A stretch of 32,000 nt of DNA from Pseudoalteromonas tetraodonis (GCF_002310835.1 NZ_CP011041.1:1500001-1532000); one strand, 5' to 3'. Positions 7,294 to 17,200 are shown, counted from the first letter of the stretch. Notes: generated by a model from the letters alone, not told the origin. A program made the numbers and translations.

Positions 7294-8298
7294 ATGACAA
7301 TTAAATCAACGTTCAAATCTTTGAGTAAGCTCGCTGTATTGATCATTGTGGGGGGGGCTGGCTGGTATGCTTGGCAAACCTTGCAGCCTACATCATTTGC
7401 TGAACAACTCCCTGACAGTGTTGCCTATGGGAATGGGCGAATTGAAGCGACTGAGTACGATATTGCTACAAAATTACCGGGCCGCTTAGTTGACGTTATG
7501 GTGCAAGAAGGCGATATGGTTAAAGCGGGTCAAACGCTAGCGGTTATTGACACTGATGATTTAAATGCACAGTTACGTGAAGCTCAGGCGGGACTTCGTG
7601 TTGCCAATGAGTCTCGTAAATACGCATTAGCGATTGTAGAGCAGCATAAAAGTGAGCTTAATTTTGCACAAACTGAATTGCGCCGCTCTGCAAAATTATT
7701 GGAAAAAGGCCATATTTCAAAAGAAGTGGTAGATCAACAACGAACCACCTCTGCTATTGCGCAAGCTGCTTTAACCGCGGCAAACGTAAAAGTTGTGCAG
7801 TCGGATGCTGAAATAGAAGCAGCGCAGGCACGTATTGAGCGATTACAAAGCAACATAGCCGACAGCACGCTCAAAGCACCAATCAATGGACGTATATTGT
7901 ATCGATTAGCTGAGCCTGGCGAAGTGCTTGGCAGTGGTGGCAAGGTTTTATCGTTATTGGATTTAACCGATGTTTATATGAGTATATATTTACCAACAGC
8001 GCAAGCGGGCAAGGTAACAATAGGCTCACAAGCGCGCATTGTTATTGATGCTGTTGCCGAGTATACATTGCCGGCTAAAGTGACGTTTGTATCTGCACAG
8101 GCGCAATTTACCCCTAAATCGGTAGAAACCCGAAACGAGCGCGATAAACTGATGTTTAGAGTTAAGGTAAAGCTCGATTCGCAGTTATTAAAAGATCATA
8201 TCAAACAAGTAAAAACAGGGGTGCCAGGGCTTGCTTATGTGTTGTTAGCGCCTGAAAAAAATTGGCCTACGTCATTACAGGTACGAGTGCCTGAATAA
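7294..8298 (+). CDS. yhiI: HlyD-family periplasmic adaptor (membrane fusion protein), YhiI-like
   Basis: N-terminal TM anchor (LAVLIIVGGAGWYAW), long coiled-coil region and barrel-sandwich motifs are present. GGAG lies 9 nt before the ATG. The stop overlaps the next start (TAATG). The gene order matches E. coli yhiI-rbbA-yhhJ. Confidence 0.85.
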   Translation: MTIKSTFKSLSKLAVLIIVGGAGWYAWQTLQPTSFAEQLPDSVAYGNGRIEATEYDIATKLPGRLVDVMVQEGDMVKAGQTLAVIDTDDLNAQLREAQAGLRVANESRKYALAIVEQHKSELNFAQTELRRSAKLLEKGHISKEVVDQQRTTSAIAQAALTAANVKVVQSDAEIEAAQARIERLQSNIADSTLKAPINGRILYRLAEPGEVLGSGGKVLSLLDLTDVYMSIYLPTAQAGKVTIGSQARIVIDAVAEYTLPAKVTFVSAQAQFTPKSVETRNERDKLMFRVKVKLDSQLLKDHIKQVKTGVPGLAYVLLAPEKNWPTSLQVRVPE

Positions 8299-11087
8299 TG
8301 GATAACGACGATAAAAACATTCAACAGCCACCAAGTGAAAGTGTGGTTACGCTTACTAAGGTGAGCCATCGCTATGCTAATAATCGCGTGCTGGACAACA
8401 TTAGTATTTCATTACCTGCCGGGAAAATGGTCGGGTTTATAGGCCCTGATGGCGTAGGAAAATCAAGCTTGCTGGCACTTATAGCGGGGGCAAGGGCGAT
8501 TCAAGAGGGGGAGGTTGAGGTATTAAACGGCAATATGCGCAGCAGTGGTTTTCGTAATACGGTGTCGCCACGCATTGCTTATATGCCTCAAGGGCTTGGC
8601 AAAAATGTGTATCCAACACTTTCTGTGTTTGAAAATATAGATTTTTTTGGTCGTCTATTTTCTCAAAATAAAGCCGAGCGAAAACAACGAATTAATAACC
8701 TTTTAAAAAGTACAGGCTTAGAGGCATTTGCCGATCGCCCCGCAGAAAAGCTCTCTGGTGGGATGAAACAAAAACTCGGTTTGTGCTGCGCACTGATCCA
8801 TTACCCTCAATTATTAATTTTAGATGAGCCAACTACCGGAGTTGATCCGCTATCGCGTCGTCAATTTTGGCAATTAATAAACAGTATTCGCGCTGAAAAT
8901 ACACAAATGAGCGTACTGGTTGCGACCGCCTACATGGAAGAAGCCGATGATTTTGATTGGCTAGTTGCTATGGACGATGGAAAAGTAATCGGTACGGGCA
9001 GCCCACAAAACCTGAAAGCGCAAACTAATAAAGAATCGCTTGATGAAGCCTTTATAGCATTACTTCCTGAAGAAAAACGCCATGATCATCAGCGGTTAGT
9101 TGTGCCACCTCGTAAACAAGACTTAAACACAACTCAGTTCGCTATAGAAGCAAATGGATTATGTAAAACATTTGGCGATTTTACCGCCGTTAACAAGGTG
9201 AGCTTGAGTATTGAACAAGGTGAAATTTTTGGCTTTTTAGGCTCAAATGGCTGTGGAAAAACCACCACAATGAAAATGCTTACCGGGTTACAACCGGCAA
9301 CCAGCGGCGAAGCAAAATTGTTTGGTGAAAAGGTCGATGCCAATAACATCGAAAGCCGCAAACGCGTTGGTTTTATGTCGCAAGCATTTTCGCTTTATAA
9401 CGAGCTTACAGTGAAGCAAAACTTGGTATTGCATGCGCGTTTATTTCACTTACCTGCAGAGAAAATAGAGCCGCGCGTTAAAGATTTAATTACTCGGTTT
9501 AACCTTAAAAAATACAGTGACGATTTTCCTACCGATTTGCCCCTAGGTATTCGCCAGCGTTTATCGCTTGCTGTTGCAGTAGTACATAGCCCTGAAATGC
9601 TCATACTTGATGAGCCCACATCGGGGGTAGACCCCGTTGCAAGGGATGACTTTTGGCAGCTACTCATTGAGCTTTCGCGCGAACAAGGCGTGACTATTTT
9701 TATTTCGACTCACTTTATGGATGAAGCGGCACGTTGCGATAGAATTTCGTTAATGCATGCAGGTAAAATACTTGCCAGCGATACGCCAGCTGCACTGTGC
9801 CAAGCGCGTAATACCGACACACTAGAAGCTGCCTTTATTGAATATTTAGAAGAGGCGGTAAATGCAGCGGGAGCAAGCTCGGCGATACAAGTATCGATAA
9901 CTGATAAACCCAAAGCATTGGCTACAGCGCTCGCTACTCGTAAAAATAACACTAACCCCACATTTAGTTTGTTGCGGCTATTTGGTTATGCGCATCGCGA
10001 AACGCTAGAGTTGTGGCGCGATCCTATTCGCCTAACGTTTGCTTTGCTGGGCTCGATAATTTTGCTGTTTATTTTAGGTTACGGCATTACATTTGATGTT
10101 GAAGATTTAAGCTTTGCGGTACTAGATCAAGACCAATCACCCGAGAGCCGCAACTACATTCAAAATATGGCAGGTTCGCGTTACTTTATTCAAAGAGCAG
10201 ATATTAAAAGCCCGCAAGAACTTAATAAACGAATGCGCAATGGTGAGTTAAGCGTGGCCGTTGAAATTCCACCTAACTTTGGTCAGCAATTTAAACGCGG
10301 CCGTAAACCTGAAATTGTAGTGTGGATTGATGGTTCTATGCCGTTTAGGGCAGAAACGATTAATGGTTATATGAGCGGCGTGTATTACAGCTATTTAACC
10401 AACTTATCTTTGCGCACTTATGCACAAGTACCAAACTTAGTGCCAGCTAATATTGAATCTCGCTATCGTTATAACCAAGATTTTAAAAGCATTGAGGCCA
10501 TGGTGCCGGCGGTTATTCCACTACTATTGGTATTTATTCCTGCAATATTGATGGCGCTTGGCGTAGTGCGCGAAAAAGAGTTGGGTTCAATCATAAACTT
10601 ATATGTAACACCGGTTAATCGGCTGGAATTTATTATTGGCAAACAGCTGCCTTACATTTTAGTGAGTATGATCAGCTTTTTTGGCTTAGTCGCACTTGCT
10701 ATTACCGTGTTTGGTGTGGCGCTAAAAGGCAGCTTTTGGGCGCTTAGTTTGGCTGCATTATTATACGTTACAGCGACTACGGGGGTGGGGCTGTTAATTT
10801 CGGCTTTTACAAAAACACAAATTTCAGCACTGGCAGCCACTACGGTGGTGGTGTTGATGATTGCCGTTAACTTTTGTGGGCTAATTGACCCTGTTTCTTC
10901 CTTGGAAGGGTTTGGAGCGATTATTGGCAAACTGTTTCCAACCACCTACTTTTTAGAGGCGTGTCGAGGGGTCTTTAATAAAGCGCTTAATTTTTCTGAT
11001 TTATCAGCTCAGCTACTGCCTTTATTCGCTTTTATACCCGTGCTGACTCTGGCCAGTGTATTTTTACTTCCAAAGCAGGACAAATAG
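8298..11087 (+). CDS. rbbA: Fused tandem-ATPase / ABC-2 permease, RbbA (YhiH)-like
   Basis: NBD1 has Walker A GPDGVGKSS, signature LSGGMKQK and Walker B LLILDEPTTGVD. NBD2 has Walker A GSNGCGKTT, a degenerate signature LPLGIRQR and Walker B MLILDEPTSGVD. The C-terminus is an ABC-2 type membrane domain. Length is 929 aa. Confidence 0.85.
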   Translation: MDNDDKNIQQPPSESVVTLTKVSHRYANNRVLDNISISLPAGKMVGFIGPDGVGKSSLLALIAGARAIQEGEVEVLNGNMRSSGFRNTVSPRIAYMPQGLGKNVYPTLSVFENIDFFGRLFSQNKAERKQRINNLLKSTGLEAFADRPAEKLSGGMKQKLGLCCALIHYPQLLILDEPTTGVDPLSRRQFWQLINSIRAENTQMSVLVATAYMEEADDFDWLVAMDDGKVIGTGSPQNLKAQTNKESLDEAFIALLPEEKRHDHQRLVVPPRKQDLNTTQFAIEANGLCKTFGDFTAVNKVSLSIEQGEIFGFLGSNGCGKTTTMKMLTGLQPATSGEAKLFGEKVDANNIESRKRVGFMSQAFSLYNELTVKQNLVLHARLFHLPAEKIEPRVKDLITRFNLKKYSDDFPTDLPLGIRQRLSLAVAVVHSPEMLILDEPTSGVDPVARDDFWQLLIELSREQGVTIFISTHFMDEAARCDRISLMHAGKILASDTPAALCQARNTDTLEAAFIEYLEEAVNAAGASSAIQVSITDKPKALATALATRKNNTNPTFSLLRLFGYAHRETLELWRDPIRLTFALLGSIILLFILGYGITFDVEDLSFAVLDQDQSPESRNYIQNMAGSRYFIQRADIKSPQELNKRMRNGELSVAVEIPPNFGQQFKRGRKPEIVVWIDGSMPFRAETINGYMSGVYYSYLTNLSLRTYAQVPNLVPANIESRYRYNQDFKSIEAMVPAVIPLLLVFIPAILMALGVVREKELGSIINLYVTPVNRLEFIIGKQLPYILVSMISFFGLVALAITVFGVALKGSFWALSLAALLYVTATTGVGLLISAFTKTQISALAATTVVVLMIAVNFCGLIDPVSSLEGFGAIIGKLFPTTYFLEACRGVFNKALNFSDLSAQLLPLFAFIPVLTLASVFLLPKQDK

Positions 11088-11089
11088 CC

Positions 11090-12211
11090 ATGCAACGTCG
11101 CGGAAACATTATTAATTTAGGTATTAAAGAGTTGCGTAGTTTATGGCGTGATAAGGTTTTGCTGCTATTCGTTTTTTTTGCTTTTACTGGGCTGATTTAT
11201 GTGGTGGCTTCAGCCACGTCGATAGAGTTAAATAATGCGCCGATTGCAGTTGTTGATCACGACCAATCGCAATTATCCAAGCGTATTATTAATGCCTTTT
11301 ATGAGCCTTACTTCAAAACGCCAGACAGTATTTCATTAAGCGATGTTGACTCAGCTATGGATAATGGCCGTTATACTTTTGTGCTTAATATCCCGCCTTA
11401 TTTTGAGCGTGATGTACTTGCAGCTAAGCAACCTACGATTCAAGTAAATATAGATGCTACGCGTATGTCGCAAGCATTTATTGGTGATAACTATATTCAA
11501 ACCATTATTAACGGCGAAGTAAATGAATTTGTGCAAGGTTATCGAACCGTTTATTCACTGCCAATAAAGCAATCGGCGCACATTATGTTTAACCCAAACA
11601 TGACAAGCGTATGGTTTGGTAGCGTGATGGAATTGATGAACGTGATCACAATGATTTCGATTATTTTAACTGGCGCCGCGGTGATCCGTGAACGTGAACA
11701 CGGCACATTAGAGCATTTATTAGTGATGCCATTAAGCCCCTTTGAAATAGTGATGGCGAAAATTTGGGCTAATGGTTTAGTGATTTTATTACTGACTGCA
11801 TTTTCATTATTTATTGTGATCGAAGGTTTGTTACAAGTGCCTATTCATGGCTCGCCAGGCTTATTTTTATTTGGCGTTGCTATTCATTTATTTGCGACCA
11901 CATCGCTGGGTATATTGTTAGGCACACAGGCGCGCACCATGCCGCAACTCGGGTTATTGATGATCTTAATTTTATTACCATTACAAATGCTCTCTGGCGG
12001 TGTTACGCCGCGTGAAAGTATGCCTGAGGTAGTGCAAAATATTATGTTATTGGCGCCAACAACGCATTTTGTAAAATTTGCTCAAGCAATTTTATACCGA
12101 GGAGCAGGGTGGGATGTAGTTTGGCCTTACTTTTTAGCATTAACTGTTATTGGCAGTGTGTTTTTTATTGTTGCATTAATGCGCTTTCGTAAATCAGTGG
12201 CGCAAGGTTAG
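11090..12211 (+). CDS. yhhJ: ABC-2 type transporter permease, YhhJ-like
   Basis: The 373-aa protein has an N-terminal TM, a large periplasmic loop and a C-terminal ABC-2 membrane domain. The ATG is 2 nt after the rbbA-like stop. The position matches E. coli yhhJ (374 aa). Confidence 0.8.
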   Translation: MQRRGNIINLGIKELRSLWRDKVLLLFVFFAFTGLIYVVASATSIELNNAPIAVVDHDQSQLSKRIINAFYEPYFKTPDSISLSDVDSAMDNGRYTFVLNIPPYFERDVLAAKQPTIQVNIDATRMSQAFIGDNYIQTIINGEVNEFVQGYRTVYSLPIKQSAHIMFNPNMTSVWFGSVMELMNVITMISIILTGAAVIREREHGTLEHLLVMPLSPFEIVMAKIWANGLVILLLTAFSLFIVIEGLLQVPIHGSPGLFLFGVAIHLFATTSLGILLGTQARTMPQLGLLMILILLPLQMLSGGVTPRESMPEVVQNIMLLAPTTHFVKFAQAILYRGAGWDVVWPYFLALTVIGSVFFIVALMRFRKSVAQG

Positions 12212-12257
12212 GGTATTAAAATATAACGCGTGTTTTCAAAAGATGACTTTAAGATAA

Positions 12258-12293
12258 AGCCACCCGTTAACGTTAAAGCGCTAATGGGTGGCT
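12258..12293. terminator. Hairpin between convergent genes
   Basis: agccaccc (12258-12265) / gggtggct (12286-12293) forms an 8-bp GC-rich stem. The 20-nt loop is long for a canonical terminator. Confidence 0.5.
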
Positions 12294-12350
12294 ATTGAAG
12301 TATGGGGGAGTGATACCATCCGCAATAATAATTAAGCGAATGGGGATGAC

Positions 12351-13523
12351 TTAGTTTAGTCTTGGGTTAATTTCTAAAGGAGATAGCGTAATGGTCGCAT
12401 TACTGCTTGCTCCTTTATATTCTTGATAGTCTTTGTTTTCAAACAGCGTGTAAAAAACATCAACATAATCGTCATTATTAGTAAACCATTCATCCGGCAT
12501 TGCTTTTAGCAGTTCATTGGTCAGCTTAGGGATAATGGCATAACCCTGCGCTTGTAAATCAGGAATGCTCGCCATTACTTGCTCTGATATTTCTAATAAT
12601 TTTATTGCTAGAGTTTTATAGTTGGTGTTGTCATCTTGTTCCATTAAGAGTAAATCAACCGCTTGCCAACGATAACGTTGCCAATGAATGAGCACCTGAT
12701 TAGGGCTGTAATCGGTTTGATCATGATCTAAATACGGTAAATCAACGATATCTAATATTGGTTCATCTCGGGTGGGGTCGACACCCGTTACAATGGCATA
12801 AATTTCAGCACCACCTGAGATCCAAGGTTCTTTGTCATCTTCTAAGCGTATTTTTTTCAATACACTGGTTTGCAGAGGTTGTTCATTGCTTAACTGGTTT
12901 CGTGGACTAACCGTGCTTTTACTGAATTTGTTAGTAGATAAAATTCCTCTCATTACTGCAATACCCGCATCTTGTACTTTTTGTTGATCTAATTCGACAA
13001 TAAAGACAGGTTGGGTCGGCATTTGGTCAACACTAAGATAATGAATGTCACCATACTGATCGAACGCTTCAATCTCGCTCCATTGCGTATCGTCACCAGC
13101 GGGTGCAAATGCAAATAAAGGGCGTTCGCCTTGCTGCCAAGCGCTAAGCATTTTATCGCTTGCCAAACGCACTTGTAACAAACTACCTGTGTTTTGTGGT
13201 AAACCTTTCAGTTGTTGTAACGCGTTGTTTGCTAAACGAGTATTTTGTTGTGTGTGCATACCTAAAGACGGTAGCTGATCCGCATTCAAAACCAGTTTAT
13301 ATTGGCTTAGCGTTTGTTTAAGATCAGCGTTTAATACACTGTAATTAAGCGCTAATTGTTTTGCGAAATTGCGTTTAATGGTGGCTACGTCTTTGTATTG
13401 CGCCAACTTAGCCAAGTTTTCACCTTTTTCGATTTCATATTGAGCTGAAAAAGCGGGCGCTGATACACAGTTCAATAGCGCTAAGGTTACCAAGCATTTG
13501 GTTATTTTATTCATCATATTCAT
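12351..13523 (-). CDS. Secreted protein of unknown function
   Basis: Signal peptide MNMMNKITKCLVTLALLNCVSAPAFSA|QY. The 390-aa protein has no catalytic motif I recognise. It may be DUF3103-like, from memory and unverified. Confidence 0.6.
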   Translation of the reverse strand: MNMMNKITKCLVTLALLNCVSAPAFSAQYEIEKGENLAKLAQYKDVATIKRNFAKQLALNYSVLNADLKQTLSQYKLVLNADQLPSLGMHTQQNTRLANNALQQLKGLPQNTGSLLQVRLASDKMLSAWQQGERPLFAFAPAGDDTQWSEIEAFDQYGDIHYLSVDQMPTQPVFIVELDQQKVQDAGIAVMRGILSTNKFSKSTVSPRNQLSNEQPLQTSVLKKIRLEDDKEPWISGGAEIYAIVTGVDPTRDEPILDIVDLPYLDHDQTDYSPNQVLIHWQRYRWQAVDLLLMEQDDNTNYKTLAIKLLEISEQVMASIPDLQAQGYAIIPKLTNELLKAMPDEWFTNNDDYVDVFYTLFENKDYQEYKGASSNATITLSPLEINPRLN

Positions 13524-13796
13524 TTTACCGTTCCGTTATCAGTAACACTATAAAACAACACTTAGAATAAATACTCAAATAAAAATTATAAAATACGTAA
13601 TTAGTACTGGTTTTAAGTTGCGCTCAGACTCTAAAAAAATACCAAGACGCTGTGATAGAGTAAGTTTTATATAAAGAATGAATCTATTACAAAAAATTAT
13701 TTTACTAAAAAGTAATTACTATATACATCAGTGGCTTATCTTTGGCTTGATAGTTGCTGTAACTATTACTCTAATAACAACACAAAGGATTAAACA

Positions 13797-14216
13797 ATGA
13801 CCGATATAGCACATTCAGCGTTTATAGCATTTTATTTATATTTAATTATGATGTTAGTTCAGTGGACAGTGGCGACGTTTAGTAAAGCCAAACAGCCTGG
13901 GGCTGTACCAGGAAAAATTGATAAAGACCTATCTCATGAGAGTTTTATATTTAGAGCGCATCGCACCTTTCATAACACATTAGAAAATAGTGCGTTATTT
14001 ATAGGAACGGTTTTATTTGCCTTTGTGATGAATTATCACAGTTCGGTTTTTGCAATCTGTATTTGGGTTTACGTTATTGCACGTTTAATTCATATGGCAC
14101 TGTATTACGCCATTGCCACAGAGAAAAACCCCAGCCCGCGTAGTTACTTCTTTTTGATTGGTGTGATTGCAAACATTGTGATGTTAGTGCTGTTAGGACT
14201 GCGATTAGCAAGCTAA
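13797..14216 (+). CDS. MAPEG family membrane protein
   Basis: The 139-aa protein has 4 TM segments. Pattern FRAHRTFHNTLEN...ARLIHMALYY...PRSYFF matches the MAPEG signature (R-x-x-x-x-N-x-x-E ... R-x-x-H). AAAGGA SD precedes the ATG. Confidence 0.7.
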   Translation: MTDIAHSAFIAFYLYLIMMLVQWTVATFSKAKQPGAVPGKIDKDLSHESFIFRAHRTFHNTLENSALFIGTVLFAFVMNYHSSVFAICIWVYVIARLIHMALYYAIATEKNPSPRSYFFLIGVIANIVMLVLLGLRLAS

Positions 14217-14227
14217 TTAAATGATTA

Positions 14228-14261
14228 AAGCGAAAAGCAGACAGTCCCTAGCTTTTCGCTT
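14228..14261. terminator. Bidirectional hairpin terminator
   Basis: aagcgaaaagc (14228-14238) / gcttttcgctt (14251-14261) forms an 11-bp stem with a 12-nt loop, between convergent genes. Confidence 0.7.
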
Positions 14262-14268
14262 ACTTATT

Positions 14269-15171
14269 TTATTGGGCTGGCTTTGTTTTTCGGGTCACAA
14301 TAAAACACATTAATGAGCCTAATGTAACTAATACTACGCCTTGCCAAAATGCGTTGGTGAGCGATAGTGATAAGTAAATAGAGGCAAATAGCGTAGACAA
14401 TACAGGAATAAAGTAAGACAAGGTGCCTAATAACACTAGGTTACCGCCAATTATTGCTTGGTTCCATAGTGCGTAACCTCCACCAATAACCACCCCTGCC
14501 AGCAATAAAGTAAAACTAGAATATACGTTAAACTCAAAGCTGGGTTCATTACTCAGTCCGTAACTTATCCATAAAGAAATTGCCGTGGCTGCAAAAAACA
14601 CATTAATGGCATTTTTACCCTTGCTAAGTTTAACCGTTACACTGCAATACACAGCCCAAATAAACGCTGCTGCAAACGCCATAGAGTAGGGCAATGGGTT
14701 GTCGCTAATATTAGCGGTTAATACAGCCATAGATAAACCACTGTTGCCTGCAATACACGATGCAACCCCTAAAAATGCAATCAGTATGCTCGGGTAGACT
14801 AATACGCTTACCTTAGTGCGGTTAACAATAATCGAAAATAAAATGGTTAACGCTGGCCAAAGGTAGTTAATAATTGCCATTTCTAACGCTTGCTGGCGAC
14901 TATTTGCAAAGCCGAGGGATAACGCTAAACACATTTCGTAAATAACAAATAAGCTGCCACCAAAGACTAAATAGCGTTTTGGGTAATTGCTTAGCCTTGG
15001 TACACCCATGACTAGTATTAAAAAAATCGCACTGACGCTGTACATTAAAGCAGCGCCACCAATTGGGCTAAATAGTTCTGATAAGTCGCGAATAAAGGCA
15101 GTTAAACTGCTCCAGAGCAAAATTGCGAGCACCCCAAACAGGGTGTATTTGTGTTTACTTAATAAAGACAT
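14269..15171 (-). CDS. yddG: Aromatic amino acid exporter, DMT/EamA family
   Basis: The protein aligns along its length with E. coli YddG. Examples are INYLWPALTILFSI vs VNYLWPSLTILFAI, FIWAVYCSVT vs FIWAAYCTVT, and FWQG. I place the start at the internal ATG (MSLLSKHKYTLFG) by alignment. The ORF track extends to a GTG at 15201. Confidence 0.8.
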   Translation of the reverse strand: MSLLSKHKYTLFGVLAILLWSSLTAFIRDLSELFSPIGGAALMYSVSAIFLILVMGVPRLSNYPKRYLVFGGSLFVIYEMCLALSLGFANSRQQALEMAIINYLWPALTILFSIIVNRTKVSVLVYPSILIAFLGVASCIAGNSGLSMAVLTANISDNPLPYSMAFAAAFIWAVYCSVTVKLSKGKNAINVFFAATAISLWISYGLSNEPSFEFNVYSSFTLLLAGVVIGGGYALWNQAIIGGNLVLLGTLSYFIPVLSTLFASIYLSLSLTNAFWQGVVLVTLGSLMCFIVTRKTKPAQ

Positions 15172-15311
15172 AATAAAATTCAAAGCGTGATGATAAAACA
15201 CGGGGAATGTGGCATTTTATGATTTAAAGAACAAGCATATGTATCAAAATGCCGACTAAATGCTTATAAATTATATTTAAGATCAATAGCTAAGGACAGA
15301 ATGTAGCATTA

Positions 15312-15345
15312 AGCAGGGCAAGCTTAATATTCAGCTTGCCCTGTT
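15312..15345. terminator. Hairpin immediately downstream of the ABC exporter gene
   Basis: cagggcaagct (15314-15324) / agcttgccctg (15333-15343) forms a perfect 11-bp stem with an 8-nt loop. There is no strong U-tract. Confidence 0.55.
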
Positions 15346-15352
15346 AACCTAA

Positions 15353-17200
15353 TTACTCAACGCCAATAAAACCACCGGTTTGATGCGCCCAAAGAGCAGC
15401 GTAAATGCCGCCTTGGGCAATTAATTCATCGTGACTGCCTTGCTCTACAACGCCGCCTTCATCAAGCACGATGAGTCTGTCCATTTGTGCAATGGTCGAT
15501 AATCGATGGGCAATGGCGATTACTGTTTTACCTGTCATTAAATCATCTAAGCTTGCTTGAATAGCCGCTTCGACTTCAGAGTCTAAAGCGCTGGTGGCTT
15601 CATCAAGTATGAGGATTGGTGCGTTTTTAAGTAGTACGCGTGCAATAGCAATACGTTGGCGCTGACCGCCTGACAGGGTGACCCCTCGTTCGCCTACTTG
15701 CGCATCAAAGCCTTTGTTGCCTTTGCTGTCTTCTAAATCGGTTATAAAATCAAGGGCTTTGGCTTGCTTAGTCGCATCGAGCATTTCGGCTTCTGTGGCA
15801 TCGGGTCTGCCGTATAAAATGTTATCTTTTACTGAGCGGTGCAGTAGGGATGTATCTTGGGTAACCATAGCAATATAGCGGCGAAGGCTTTCTTGGCTTA
15901 CATCCGTGATATTTTGGCCATCAATACTAATGCTGCCTTTGTCGGTATCGTAAAAGCGCAGCAACAAGTTAACTAAGGTGGATTTACCCGCGCCAGAGCG
16001 ACCCACAAAGCCGATTTTTTCACCGGGTTTAATGTTTAAGTTTAATCCGTTTATTACGGGGCCACGGTTATTTTCATTCACGGCTTTACCGTAATTAAAA
16101 TGTACATTATTAAAGTCGATTGCCCCTTGGGTGACCTTTAACGTTTCGGCTTCTGGTTTGTCATCAACCGCAATAGGATTAGAAAGGGTGCGCATGCCAT
16201 CGGCCACGGTGCCAATGTTTTCAAACAAGCTGCTAATTTCCCACATGATCCATTGGGCCATGCCATTGAGCCTTAACGATAAACTCAATGCCACGGCAAT
16301 CGCTCCTGCACTAATGGCGCTTAACGACCATAAATACAAAGACACTGCTGCCACTGAAAACACTAACAAATAGTTTAAGCTTTGAATAACCACGTTTAAG
16401 CTGGTGACCAAGCGCATTTGTTTATAAACAGGCTGTAAAAATACATCCATACTTTGTTTAGCGTATTGTTCTTCGCGTTGGGTGTAAGAAAACAGCTTAA
16501 TGGTTGAAATATTTGTGTAGCTGTCGACGATACGGCCGGTCATTTCTGAGCGTGCATCAGCTTGTGAACTGGCAATACTTTTTAATCGGGGTACAAAGTA
16601 AATTTGCACGCAAATATACAATGCTAACCACACTAATAATGGCAACATTAAACGCCAGTCTGAGGCGGCCACTAAAAACACCATTGAGCCAAAATAAACA
16701 GCAATGTACATAAGTACATCAAGTAACTTAGTGACTGACTCACGTACTGCTAATGAGGTTTGTAATACTTTTGTAGCGATACGCCCAGCAAATTCGTTTT
16801 GATAAAAGCTGACACTTTGACGCAGTAAATAACGGTGTGCCAACCAACGAATCGACATAGGGTAATTGCCCAAAAGCGATTGATGTAAAATAGCCGATCT
16901 AAAAAATACGACTACAGGCATGACGACTAAAAGCATTAACCCCATTTTTATTAGCGCGGATTGTTGCTGCGAAAACAGCTCTTCAGGTGTGTACTCGCCA
17001 AGCCAGTCAACCAGTTGGCCCATATAACTAAATAAAGACACCTCTAAAATAGCGAGTAATGCGGCACTGAGCGACATAAGCACTAACGACAATTCCATGC
17101 CTTTGGTGTAGTGACGACAAAATGCAAAAAGGGTTTTAGGAGGCTGAGATGGAGAACGCTCTGGGAACGGTTTAGTCATCCGTTCAAATAGTCGATACAT
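15353..17200 (-). CDS. ABC exporter, fused permease/ATPase (MsbA-type half transporter)
   Basis: N-terminal 6-TM domain, Walker A GRSGAGKST, signature LSGGQRQR and Walker B ILILDEATSALD. Length is 615 aa. Confidence 0.85.
   Translation of the reverse strand: MYRLFERMTKPFPERSPSQPPKTLFAFCRHYTKGMELSLVLMSLSAALLAILEVSLFSYMGQLVDWLGEYTPEELFSQQQSALIKMGLMLLVVMPVVVFFRSAILHQSLLGNYPMSIRWLAHRYLLRQSVSFYQNEFAGRIATKVLQTSLAVRESVTKLLDVLMYIAVYFGSMVFLVAASDWRLMLPLLVWLALYICVQIYFVPRLKSIASSQADARSEMTGRIVDSYTNISTIKLFSYTQREEQYAKQSMDVFLQPVYKQMRLVTSLNVVIQSLNYLLVFSVAAVSLYLWSLSAISAGAIAVALSLSLRLNGMAQWIMWEISSLFENIGTVADGMRTLSNPIAVDDKPEAETLKVTQGAIDFNNVHFNYGKAVNENNRGPVINGLNLNIKPGEKIGFVGRSGAGKSTLVNLLLRFYDTDKGSISIDGQNITDVSQESLRRYIAMVTQDTSLLHRSVKDNILYGRPDATEAEMLDATKQAKALDFITDLEDSKGNKGFDAQVGERGVTLSGGQRQRIAIARVLLKNAPILILDEATSALDSEVEAAIQASLDDLMTGKTVIAIAHRLSTIAQMDRLIVLDEGGVVEQGSHDELIAQGGIYAALWAHQTGGFIGVE

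Noticed and set aside
7734-10945. Minus-strand ORFs inside the yhiI/rbbA-like genes (7734..7943, 9134..9361, 9446..9667, 9710..9961, 10652..10945)
   Set aside because: All are antisense to genes with clear ABC or HlyD motifs. Their Ala/Ser/Cys-rich translations are typical of the reverse frame of coding DNA.
11351-11536. Minus-strand ORF 11351..11536 inside the yhhJ-like permease gene
   Set aside because: It is antisense to a well-supported ABC-2 permease gene and has no recognisable motif, RBS or independent evidence. It is a shadow ORF.
14987-16713. Plus-strand ORFs inside the yddG and ABC exporter genes (14987..15190, 15678..15878, 16131..16373, 16504..16713)
   Set aside because: All are antisense to well-supported minus-strand genes and have no recognisable motifs or RBS. 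They are shadow ORFs.
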